Below are positions 9,925 to 20,164 of a DNA stretch of 64,000 nt, in pieces. Every line of letters begins with the position of its first letter. The stretch's first letter is position 1. Below the pieces are notes generated by a model that was not told the DNA's origin, ran no database searches, and was given only the letters and a program-made list of their open reading frames with translations. Made by a program: the position numbers and the translations under genes. Source of the stretch: Gammaproteobacteria bacterium (lineage in GTDB: Bacteria > Pseudomonadota > Gammaproteobacteria > Arenicellales > Poriferihabitantaceae); contig VYFG01000040.1 of NCBI GenBank assembly GCA_009842505.1, positions 19,380-83,379 of the forward strand, written 5' to 3'.

Positions 9925-11373
9925 CTAGATCTGACGTTTGACTTCTTCTGAGATAATCCGAATTCCCTCCTCCAGTTTTTTCAGGGGCACAAACGCGAAT
10001 CCAAGCCTGAAACTTCGCTGATCTTTCTTCAGGCTGAATCTTTCCCCGATATCGATCAATACACCCCGTTCGCGGAGCCGCTCGCCGAGTTCTGTGGAAT
10101 TAAAACCCTTCGGCCCGGTCAGCCAGAAACAGGTGCCGCCTCTGGTCGGCGCTTGTTCAAGCATCCCCAAGTGCTTGTTGATCGCGTCATTCATGACATG
10201 CCATCGCCGCTTGTAGCGCCGCTCGATGTTGCGTAAGTGGGAATCGTAGTAACCGAGCTGAAAAAAGAGCGCCACCACTTCCTGCACGATTGTCGGTGCA
10301 TGGCGCATCATCACGCCCCTGACTATCCTGGCCTGCCGGATAATGTCCCGGTGGGCTACCATGAAACCCAGGCGTATCCCGGGGGACAGGGTTTTTGAAA
10401 GGCTGCCGACATAGATCACGCGACCGTTCTTATCCAGCGACCTCAGGGACTGCGATCGATTGTTGAAAAAATTCATCTCTGCTTCGTAGTCGTCCTCGAT
10501 GATCAGAAAGTCTTTTGCGACTGCCGCTTCAAGTAACTTTTTCCGGCGTTGATTCGTCATGGTCACCATCGTGGGAAACTGGTGGCTGGGAGTAGTGAAT
10601 ACCAGCTGGCAATTATCGGGAATACGCGACACGATCAAGCCCTGGTTGTCTACCGGAACCCCGACAACCTTATTGCCGGCAAGCTGAAACGCATTGCGCC
10701 CGTAGGAAAATCCCGGATCTTCGATGGCAATGGGTTTTTTCCTGTGAGCAAACGACGCGCCAATAATGTAGAGCGCATTTTGCGCCCCAAGGGTAATCAG
10801 TACCTCGTCCTTGTCAATGTAAATGCCGCGAGTGCTCAACAGGCGTTGCCGCAATTGTTGCAATAACTGCGGGCTGTCGCTTTCGACAGAGTCGTCTCTC
10901 CATGCGGGCATCTTCGTTCGCCTCAATGCCAGCCGTGTGCATTCGCGCCAGCTGTCAACCGGAAACAGGTCAGGATCGATCTGGTTGTAGATAAAGGGAT
11001 AGGTATAGCTCTTCCAGTTCAGCGGGTTGTCGACCGGCACTAATCCCAGGGGTTTGAACTTGACTGGTGCAGGTATGTCCGAGAGGTCCGCGCGGTGACC
11101 GTGCAGATCCTGTTCATGGGCAATCGGATTCACGAAGTAACCGGATCGATTCTTTGCGATCAGTAACCCAAGATCCATCAGGCGATTGTAGGCGGAAAAA
11201 ACCGTGTTCCTGGATACACCAAGCTGTTCGGCCATTTCGCGACAGGAGGGTAACCGCTTTTCCGGCGATAGCGCCTGGTTGGTAATGGCGGAACTCACCA
11301 TCTCGCAAATCTGATCGCGCAGTCCCAGGCTTGAATCTTCCGGCAACACGAAAATGGGGGTTATTGAATCCAT
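9925..11373 (-). CDS. MocR/GabR-type regulator (GntR HTH fused to a PLP aminotransferase-like domain)
   Basis: 482-aa ORF. It has an N-terminal winged HTH (LPSCREMAEQLGVSRNTVFSAYNRL) followed by a roughly 350-aa class I/II aminotransferase-like domain (…VIYVGSLSKTLSPGIRLGF…). Confidence 0.85.
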   Translation of the reverse strand: MDSITPIFVLPEDSSLGLRDQICEMVSSAITNQALSPEKRLPSCREMAEQLGVSRNTVFSAYNRLMDLGLLIAKNRSGYFVNPIAHEQDLHGHRADLSDIPAPVKFKPLGLVPVDNPLNWKSYTYPFIYNQIDPDLFPVDSWRECTRLALRRTKMPAWRDDSVESDSPQLLQQLRQRLLSTRGIYIDKDEVLITLGAQNALYIIGASFAHRKKPIAIEDPGFSYGRNAFQLAGNKVVGVPVDNQGLIVSRIPDNCQLVFTTPSHQFPTMVTMTNQRRKKLLEAAVAKDFLIIEDDYEAEMNFFNNRSQSLRSLDKNGRVIYVGSLSKTLSPGIRLGFMVAHRDIIRQARIVRGVMMRHAPTIVQEVVALFFQLGYYDSHLRNIERRYKRRWHVMNDAINKHLGMLEQAPTRGGTCFWLTGPKGFNSTELGERLRERGVLIDIGERFSLKKDQRSFRLGFAFVPLKKLEEGIRIISEEVKRQI

Positions 11374-11382
11374 ATCTTTACT

Positions 11383-11396
11383 CCATCAATTGATGG
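11383..11396. promoter_or_regulatory. perfect 14-bp palindrome CCATCAATTGATGG overlapping the Shine-Dalgarno of the MocR gene
   Basis: Read directly from the sequence. On the minus strand it reads ...CCATCAATTGATGGAGtaaagatATG, so the GGAG SD is partly inside the palindrome. Confidence 0.4.
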
Positions 11397-11622
11397 TTAC
11401 AGGCTCATTCACTCCGAATGCGTATCTTTTCCCGATTTTGTCACTTTTGATCTCAACTGTCCCCCAGGACTCTGATCAGCAGTGTCCAGCCCGGAATGAG
11501 AAATGAAAATCCCTATGTCGGCAGTTCGATTCTGTTCCTGGCATCATAAATCCACATGATGGAAGTCATAACAATCGGTGGTCATTTACGTCGTTGTCTG
11601 AAGTGCCGATTTGTATTGTTTT

Positions 11623-11669
11623 TTGACTTGATCTCGTCTTTTGAATATACTGTAATACATAATAATACA
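11623..11669 (+). promoter_or_regulatory. sigma70-type promoter plus direct-repeat operator candidate for the TA operon
   Basis: TTGACT (11623-11628), a 17-nt spacer, then TATACT (11646-11651). This is immediately followed by TAATACA-N3-TAATACA (11653-11659 and 11663-11669, 10-bp periodicity). The antitoxin ATG is at 11697. Confidence 0.55.
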
Positions 11670-11696
11670 ATGTAGTTAAACAGTTTTTCCCGCATC

Positions 11697-11984
11697 ATGC
11701 CAAGTGTCCCATTTTCCCTCCGAATGGATGCGGATATCAGATCCAGACTGGAAGCCGAAGCCAGGCGGCGGGATCGTTCCTCATCGTGGATTGCAACCAA
11801 GGCGATCGAAGCCTACTTGTCCGCCTGCGATGAGAAGCGCCATGCAATCGAGAACGCGCTAGCTGACGCAGAAAATGGAGTTTTCATATCCAGCGAGGCG
11901 ATGAACTCCTGGGTGGAGAAATGGGGTACTGATAAAGAAGATGATCTCCCGGAGCCAGATATTCCGATCAGCGATGCCAAATAG
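11697..11984 (+). CDS. ribbon-helix-helix (CopG/ParD-like) antitoxin
   Basis: 95-aa ORF. The N-terminal beta-strand plus helix pattern VPFSLRMDADIRSRLEAEARRRDRSSSWIATKAIEAYL is typical of RHH DNA-binding antitoxins. It lies 11 nt upstream of a ParE/RelE-type toxin gene. Confidence 0.7.
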   Translation: MPSVPFSLRMDADIRSRLEAEARRRDRSSSWIATKAIEAYLSACDEKRHAIENALADAENGVFISSEAMNSWVEKWGTDKEDDLPEPDIPISDAK

Positions 11985-11995
11985 GTAGGCTGTTC

Positions 11996-12283
11996 ATGAA
12001 GATCGTCTATCTGGCCAGTGCGAGAGACGATCTCGTATGGATGCGTCGCTACTATGTCGAGGTTTTTCCCGAGGGTACGTCCAAGGCCAAGAATCAGTTT
12101 CGTGCCACTGAATCTCTTCTAGGGCTCAATCCGGAAATCGGGCATTCTACCGAGTGGGACAGTGTCAGGGAGTTTTCGATGCCGAATATTCCATTTTCGG
12201 TCATATATCGGATCAGGAAGGGGCGAATCGAAGTGCTTCGCATATGGGATGAGCGCCGCAGCAGAAACCAGGATATCGTCTGA
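11996..12283 (+). CDS. ParE/RelE-family type II toxin
   Basis: 95-aa ORF. MKIVYLASARDDL...FSVIYRIRKGRIEVLRIWDERR matches the conserved ParE/RelE C-terminal pattern (I.I.RI.H.R). Confidence 0.75.
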   Translation: MKIVYLASARDDLVWMRRYYVEVFPEGTSKAKNQFRATESLLGLNPEIGHSTEWDSVREFSMPNIPFSVIYRIRKGRIEVLRIWDERRSRNQDIV

Positions 12284-12289
12284 ATGTGA

Positions 12290-12630
12290 CGGATATTCTA
12301 CGGCTACGGTGCGTTAGGCGATTGCTGTGCCGGTTCCGCGGGCTGCACCCTGGCGGAACGACTCTGCGAGGATTCGGACCTCCGGGTCTTGCTGATCGAG
12401 TCCGGCGGCCATGGACAGAGTGTGTTTATCCGAATACCGGCGGGCAATGGCATCCTGATCGGCAATCCGAAGTACGACCAGGGAGCTGATATCCGAACCC
12501 CAGGCCGGCTGCACGGCGGCACGATCTACTATCCCAGGGGATCCGGACTTGGCGGTAGTTCGCTGCTGAACGGCATGTCTACATTCACGGCAACCGGGCA
12601 GACTGCTGTCATCAAGGTGCCTACGGACCT
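12290..12630 (+). pseudogene. GMC oxidoreductase (choline dehydrogenase-like) N-terminal fragment, frameshifted and 3'-truncated
   Basis: - The translated frame reads ...AGSAGCTLAERLCEDSDLRVLLIESGG...RIPAG...KYD...YYPRGSGLGGSSLLNG, which is the FAD-binding N-terminus of GMC enzymes.
- An in-frame TGA lies directly upstream (12287-12289) and there is no start codon.
- After ...LLNG (about 12575) the match continues in another frame (VYIHGNRAD).
- Only about 110 of roughly 550 expected codons remain. Confidence 0.6.
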
Positions 12631-13721
12631 CATGCCCGGATATGCCGGATCACGGCGTCCGTGACCTCCTGTGAGGTCGCCGAGCCGCCCAGGTCGGGTG
12701 TCCGAATGCCTTCTGCGAGCGACCGCTCCACGGCGGTTTCAATGACCTGCTTCAGATCGGATCGCCCCATGGAATACTCGGCCATCATCGCAACGGTCAG
12801 AAGCATTCCGATGGGATTGGCCTGATCCAGGCCCGCAATGTCCGGTGCGGTGCCATGTACCGGTTCATAGATCCCGCGGGCGGTCTCGTTCTCTGCCGGC
12901 AGATGCTGCAGGCAGGCGGACGGCAACATGCCCAGGCTGCCGCAGACAACGGCAGCCTGGTCGCTGAAAATGTCGCCGAACAGGTTGTCACCGACGATGA
13001 CATCGAATGCCATGGGATTGCGGGCAAGCTGGTAGGCGGCATTGTCGGCGTACAGGACGGTGAGTTCGATGTCGGGGTATTCCGTGGCCATTTCCCGGAT
13101 CACCTCCCGCCACAGTACATAGGTCTGCATGACATTGGCCTTGTCCACCGAGCACAACCGACCGCTCCGGCGGCGGGCCAGTTCAAATCCCACCCGGGCG
13201 ATCCGGACGATTTCGCTCTCGGTATACAGGGAATTGTCGAATCCCACCCGCTTCCCGTCACGATCGGTTTCGACGCCCCTTGGGACGCCAAAAAATGCCC
13301 CTCCGCACATTTCCCGCAGGACCATGATATCCGCCCGGCTTGCCAGCCCCGGCCGGTATGGGGTTCGATCCTCGAGAACCGGGAATGCCTTGGCGGGCCG
13401 CAGTCCGGCAAAACAGTCCAGTTCCTTGCGCAGGCGCATCAGTCCGTCCTGCATTTCTGGGCCCCCTTCCATGGTGATGCCATCCCATTTGGGTCCGCCT
13501 ACGGCTCCCACCAGAATGGCATCCGACTGTTTGGCCCGGACAACGGTTTCATCACGGCAGAATGTCCCGAAACGGTCATAGGCGGCGCCCCCGAGAAAAT
13601 CTTCGGTGATGTCTATGGAGACCCCGTACGTGGTGCTGAGGCTGTCAATCAGCCGGATACCCTGGTCCAGGACTTCTGTGCCGATCCCGTCACCACCCAT
13701 GGCCAGAATTCGGAAGGTCAT
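12630..13721 (-). CDS. isocitrate/isopropylmalate dehydrogenase family protein (LeuB/tartrate dehydrogenase-like)
   Basis: I place the start at ATG 13721 (MTFRILAMGGDGIGTEV...). The motifs ...ILVGAVGGPKW... and ...NLFGDIFSDQAA...GSLGMLPSA are typical of beta-decarboxylating dehydrogenases. Confidence 0.8.
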   Translation of the reverse strand: MTFRILAMGGDGIGTEVLDQGIRLIDSLSTTYGVSIDITEDFLGGAAYDRFGTFCRDETVVRAKQSDAILVGAVGGPKWDGITMEGGPEMQDGLMRLRKELDCFAGLRPAKAFPVLEDRTPYRPGLASRADIMVLREMCGGAFFGVPRGVETDRDGKRVGFDNSLYTESEIVRIARVGFELARRRSGRLCSVDKANVMQTYVLWREVIREMATEYPDIELTVLYADNAAYQLARNPMAFDVIVGDNLFGDIFSDQAAVVCGSLGMLPSACLQHLPAENETARGIYEPVHGTAPDIAGLDQANPIGMLLTVAMMAEYSMGRSDLKQVIETAVERSLAEGIRTPDLGGSATSQEVTDAVIRHIRA

Positions 13722-14133
13722 GACTGCCATCTCCGCAGTGGGCAGCTCGAAAATTAGGGTGACGCGCCGCAAATGTAAAGCGGAATCTCCCCAATGACCT
13801 CTTTTCCTTCAGGAGTGTTCGCAAATCCGGTAGTGCCGGACAGTCCTGCCGGTGGCTCACCCTGATCCGGATTCGGGACGGCCTGACCATTGATTCCCCC
13901 GGTCGGGAGGGCGCACCGTCACGACAAATCGGAACGTGCAGTACCGGACGCGGGTTCGCATCGGTGCTGTCCCGGGTTCGATCCTGCCGGTCGTTCACGG
14001 GCGCCGGTGCTTTGGTGGTCCGGCTTCACCACGACCATGGTACCTCGCATCCCGGAAGGATGATCCGAACTACAGGTATTGGCCGCGGTCAGGATGCCTG
14101 CCGATGCATGGGAAAAGGAATAACATGTGTATT

Positions 14134-16418
<2,285 letters not shown>

Positions 16419-16429
16419 TCCCGATCCGG

Positions 16430-16921
16430 GGGCGGTGTATTCCTCGCGGCATATGCCGTCCCCGGTTTCCCGTTGTCCGGTCCGGCACGACAGGTTGCAG
16501 GGTACTCACGGACTTCATGGTTCTGATCCTGCCTGGTACCGATCAACGCCACCAATGTCCTCGCGTTGGACCCGTTGAATGAACGGGCCTGGATGAAGGC
16601 CGGCAATCCTTCTCGGGTTGCATCACCGACTTCCTCGCGCCTGCCTTGCCATCCATCAGGCGTGCCCGCATTCCCCAGCGGTGCCGATTCATCTGCATTT
16701 TCCCCGGCGTGGGGAGAACCGAACTGCTTGATCTCCTCAGATATCCTGATTCCCTCGGCTGGTGTACCCCATCCCGGAAAGCTGCAATATCTCCGGTCGT
16801 ATTGGCTGTGTCGACTGCCGTCGGCATGCGGCGAATCTTCTGGGCCCCCTGGGTAGGGATGCCACGGATGGTATCTCTCACAGAAGTCCCGCAGCCCCTT
16901 AAGGCGAAATGATCGGATCAT
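16430..16921 (-). pseudogene. apparent decayed higB-higA-like (killer-protein/XRE antitoxin) toxin-antitoxin remnant
   Basis: - From ATG 16921 the frame reads MIRSFRLKGLRDFCE, which is the conserved N-terminus of HigB 'plasmid maintenance system killer' toxins (..SF.HKGL..FF).
- The similarity continues in a second frame (GIPTQGAQKIRRMPTAVDTANTTGDIAAF, later NRHRWGMRARLMDGKA, compare NWRI.FRF.DGDA).
- An XRE-like stretch follows (REGLPAFIQARSFNGSNARTLVALIGT...).
- At least two frameshifts are required to join these pieces. Confidence 0.35.
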
Positions 16922-17311
16922 CACCAAACGTAGTGCGCCGCATCTCGCACGCCAAATCCCGTTCAGTAGCTTTCGTGAAAATCGGTTGAAACCAGTGTCA
17001 GGTTTTGGATACAGTTAGCACGAGAGCCGGAGGTTTCCTCGTAATAATATTTGCTGACCAAATAACGCCAGTGTTTCTGGGTGACTCCGGATCCTTATCC
17101 AGCGATGCTGCCTGCCTTGAGGCAGGCGAACCCTCCCAGTATTTGCAGGGAATCCAAACAACGTGATTCGAACAAGACAGTTTGCGATGAATGACATCCC
17201 GTGGACCAGGCATTTCTGCTCCGCTCCTGGAAATCAGTCCTTGGGCACGACGCCCGTTCCCGTAACAGGCGGCTCCCCTGCGCTTCGCCGATTGCGGCCA
17301 GGGGGCAGGGC

Positions 17312-19072
17312 ATGACCGCGGGCGACACCGACCTGCGGCGGGGAATCCGGTACGAGGCGGACGAGAAGCCGCCGCCGCTGCTGTCGTTCGGTCTCGGTCT
17401 CCAGCTCGCGATCCTGATCCTGGGCGGCATCGTGCTCACGCCGGCAATTGTCGTGCGGGCAGCGGGCGGTACTGAAGACTTTCTGACCTGGGCCGTCTTT
17501 GCGGCGGTCATGATCAGTGGCGCAACAACGGTCCTGCAGGCTGTCCGGGTCGGCAGGCTGGGCGCAGGTTATGTCCTTGCCATGGGTACGTCAGGGGCCT
17601 TCATCGCGATCTGCGTAGCGGCGATCGCCAAGGGCGGCCCAGCGATGCTCGCGACCCTCGTCGTCGTCTCCGCGCTGTTCCAGTTCGCGCTCGCTACCCG
17701 TCTGTCGCTGTTTCGCCGGATCCTGACACCCACCGTTGCGGGAACTGTCATCATGCTGATTCCCGTCACCGTCATGCCGATCATCTTCGGGTTGCTGAAG
17801 GAGGTGCCCGAGGGAAGCGCCGCGTCGGCTGCTCCGGTGAGTGCGCTGCTGACATTGCTCGTGATCGCCGGCATCGCGCTCAGGGCAACGGGCGTGCTGC
17901 GACTGTGGGCGCCCGTCATCGGTGTTGTTGCCGGTGGCATCACTGCCGGAATTTATGGCATCTATGACACGGGCATGGTGGCGGAGGCTTCCTGGTTCGG
18001 CCTGCCGGCAGGCTCGTGGCCCGGCCTCGATCTCGATTTCGGTCCGGTATTCTGGACACTGCTTCCGGGATTCGTCTTTGTGACACTCGTCGGCGCCATC
18101 GAAACGATCGGCGATTCGGTTGCCATTCAGCGGGTCTCATGGCGCCGGCCCCGGGCGGTGGATTTCCGGGCCGTGCAGGGCGCGGTGGCAGCGGACGGGA
18201 TGGGCAACCTGTTGTCCGGCATTGCCGCCACGGTCCCGAACACGACCTACTCGACGGCGGTATCGGTAACCGAGCTTACCGGGGTGGCCGCCCGCCGTGT
18301 CGGGATCGCCCTGGGCGCGGTGATCATCGTCGTGGCGTTCATCCCGAAGGCGCTTTCCATGGTGCTCGCAATACCGGGACCGGTCGTGGCGGCGTATATC
18401 ACGGTGCTGCTGGCGATGCTCTTCGTGCTCGGGATGAAGATCGTGGTCCAGGACGGCATCGATTACCGCAAGGGGTTGATTGCCGGTATTTCCTTTTGGG
18501 CCGGTGTGGGGTTCCAGAATGGACAGATATTTCCCGAGTATTTTGCCGGTTTCGCCGGCGGCCTGCTTGAGAACGGCATGACGGCGGGCGGTCTCGTGGC
18601 GATTGGCATGACCCTGTTCCTGGAATTGACCGCACCCCGTCGACGCCGGCTGCAGGTTCCGTTCGACATCTCCGAACTGCCCAGGATCAGGCAGTTCCTC
18701 TCGGAGTTCTCATCCCGCAGCGGCTGGGGAGACGATATGACCCAGCGTCTTGAAGCCGCCGCCGAGGAGACGTTGCTGACGCTGTTGCAGCATGGGGAAG
18801 GGGAAGCGGAAGGGACGGGTGAATTACAGCGGCGCCTGCTGCTCACCGCGCACAAGGAGACCGGCAGCGCGTTCCTGGAGTTCATTGCCGCTCCTGGAGA
18901 GGATAACCTCCAGGACCGGATTGCGCTGCTCGGTGAAAGGGCAGAGGAGAGCCATGCCGAACGCGAGATATCGCTGCGGCTGTTACGGCATCTCGCATCC
19001 TCGGTCCATCATCAGCAGTACCATGACACGGATATCGTGACCATACAGGTGGAAACCCAGGCAACCCACTGA
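17312..19072 (+). CDS. NCS2 (xanthine/uracil/vitamin C) family permease with an extra 146-aa C-terminal cytoplasmic domain
   Basis: I place the start at ATG 17312 (MTAGDTDLRRG...). A roughly 440-aa polytopic core has NCS2-like segments (...VPNTTYSTAVSVTELTGVA...). The hydrophilic tail at 18632-19069 begins PRRRRLQVPFDISELPRIRQF... Confidence 0.75.
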   Translation: MTAGDTDLRRGIRYEADEKPPPLLSFGLGLQLAILILGGIVLTPAIVVRAAGGTEDFLTWAVFAAVMISGATTVLQAVRVGRLGAGYVLAMGTSGAFIAICVAAIAKGGPAMLATLVVVSALFQFALATRLSLFRRILTPTVAGTVIMLIPVTVMPIIFGLLKEVPEGSAASAAPVSALLTLLVIAGIALRATGVLRLWAPVIGVVAGGITAGIYGIYDTGMVAEASWFGLPAGSWPGLDLDFGPVFWTLLPGFVFVTLVGAIETIGDSVAIQRVSWRRPRAVDFRAVQGAVAADGMGNLLSGIAATVPNTTYSTAVSVTELTGVAARRVGIALGAVIIVVAFIPKALSMVLAIPGPVVAAYITVLLAMLFVLGMKIVVQDGIDYRKGLIAGISFWAGVGFQNGQIFPEYFAGFAGGLLENGMTAGGLVAIGMTLFLELTAPRRRRLQVPFDISELPRIRQFLSEFSSRSGWGDDMTQRLEAAAEETLLTLLQHGEGEAEGTGELQRRLLLTAHKETGSAFLEFIAAPGEDNLQDRIALLGERAEESHAEREISLRLLRHLASSVHHQQYHDTDIVTIQVETQATH

Positions 19073-19277
19073 TTTCCCGCCTGTTTTCTTGAGCATGCCG
19101 GGCCGGTCAGCGGCCAAATCTGGCAACCGGGAAAGGCCGCGGTGACTTGGCCTGACCGGTCCGCATGTCGACGGGCTTCGGAAACCGGCACAGATCATTT
19201 GCCGGCGGACGAATTCCAGCAACGGGACGACCCGTAATCCTGCGATCAGGCCGGATTCTTTTGTCGACGGCAGCCAA

Positions 19278-20162
19278 TCATTTTACCGGGCGCCTCTCGC
19301 GCCAGAAGATCAGCAGCCCGCCGCCGACGATCAGGAAGACCCCGGGGATCAGCCGTTCGAACGGGGCCTCGCCGAATACCACCCAGCCGATCACGAAGGA
19401 GAACGGAATGCCGAAGTATTCGAACGGGGAAAGGTTGCTCGGCAGGGTCAGCCGGTATGCGGCGATCAGCGAAAAGACCGCCATGCCCCCGACAAGTCCC
19501 ATGAGCAGCATCCACATCCAGTCCTCTACGCTGGATACCGTGATGTAGGAGTCGGTGGCAAGCATCAGTAGGAAAGTGAACACCAGGGCGCTGAGCGTGG
19601 TGTGGAAATTGATGACTGCGGTGGTGCTTGCGTCGTCGAACAGGCGGACAAGCACACTCGACAGGCCATAGCCGAAGGCGGCGCAGATCGGCAGGAGGGA
19701 AACCCACTGGAAGATGTCCCCCCGGGGCCGCATGACCAGAACGATGCCCACGAAGCCGACGATGACCGCGAGCCAGCGAACGGCACCCACATGGTGGCGC
19801 AGTATGGGTACGGACAGCGCCGTGATGAACAGGGGACCGGCAAAGGCGAGCGTGGATGCAGTGGCAAACTCCATCAGGGTCAGGGACAGGTAGAGGCAAT
19901 ACTGTGCGCAGGCAATGGAAGCGCCCCGCAGCACGGCGAGTGGCCACTGGCGCAAACGGAAGCGCGCCGGACCCCGAACCCCGGTCCTGGCAAGGTAGAC
20001 CAGCAGCAGGGCGGGAAGGAGTCCGAATATGTTGCGGAACGTGGCAATCTGGGGAATGCCGTAGCGGTCGCCGAGAAACTTGATGATCGCGCCCTGGATG
20101 TCGAACAGGAGGATGGCGATCAGGATGATCACCACGGCGCGGCTGAATCCGGCATCACGCAT
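19278..20162 (-). CDS. DMT superfamily (EamA-like) transporter
   Basis: I place the start at ATG 20162 (MRDAGFSRAVVIILIAILLF...). There are ten predicted hydrophobic segments in a two-EamA-repeat organisation. The upstream gene's stop is 2 nt before this start. Confidence 0.75.
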   Translation of the reverse strand: MRDAGFSRAVVIILIAILLFDIQGAIIKFLGDRYGIPQIATFRNIFGLLPALLLVYLARTGVRGPARFRLRQWPLAVLRGASIACAQYCLYLSLTLMEFATASTLAFAGPLFITALSVPILRHHVGAVRWLAVIVGFVGIVLVMRPRGDIFQWVSLLPICAAFGYGLSSVLVRLFDDASTTAVINFHTTLSALVFTFLLMLATDSYITVSSVEDWMWMLLMGLVGGMAVFSLIAAYRLTLPSNLSPFEYFGIPFSFVIGWVVFGEAPFERLIPGVFLIVGGGLLIFWRERRPVK

Positions 20163-20164
20163 GT

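Noticed and set aside
13974-13984. tRNA-like T-arm sequence GGGTTCGATCC in the LeuB-like/katG intergenic region
   Set aside because: The flanking bases do not form a T-stem (CCGGG against CTGCC). No acceptor or anticodon stems can be built. It is therefore neither a tRNA nor a convincing tRNA 3' fragment or att site.
16930-17311. Purine riboswitch or structured leader upstream of the NCS2 permease
   Set aside because: A CCGGAG...CTCCGG pairing encloses about 55 nt and includes GUUUCUGGG. The three-way junction and the conserved loop sequences of the purine riboswitch cannot be fitted.
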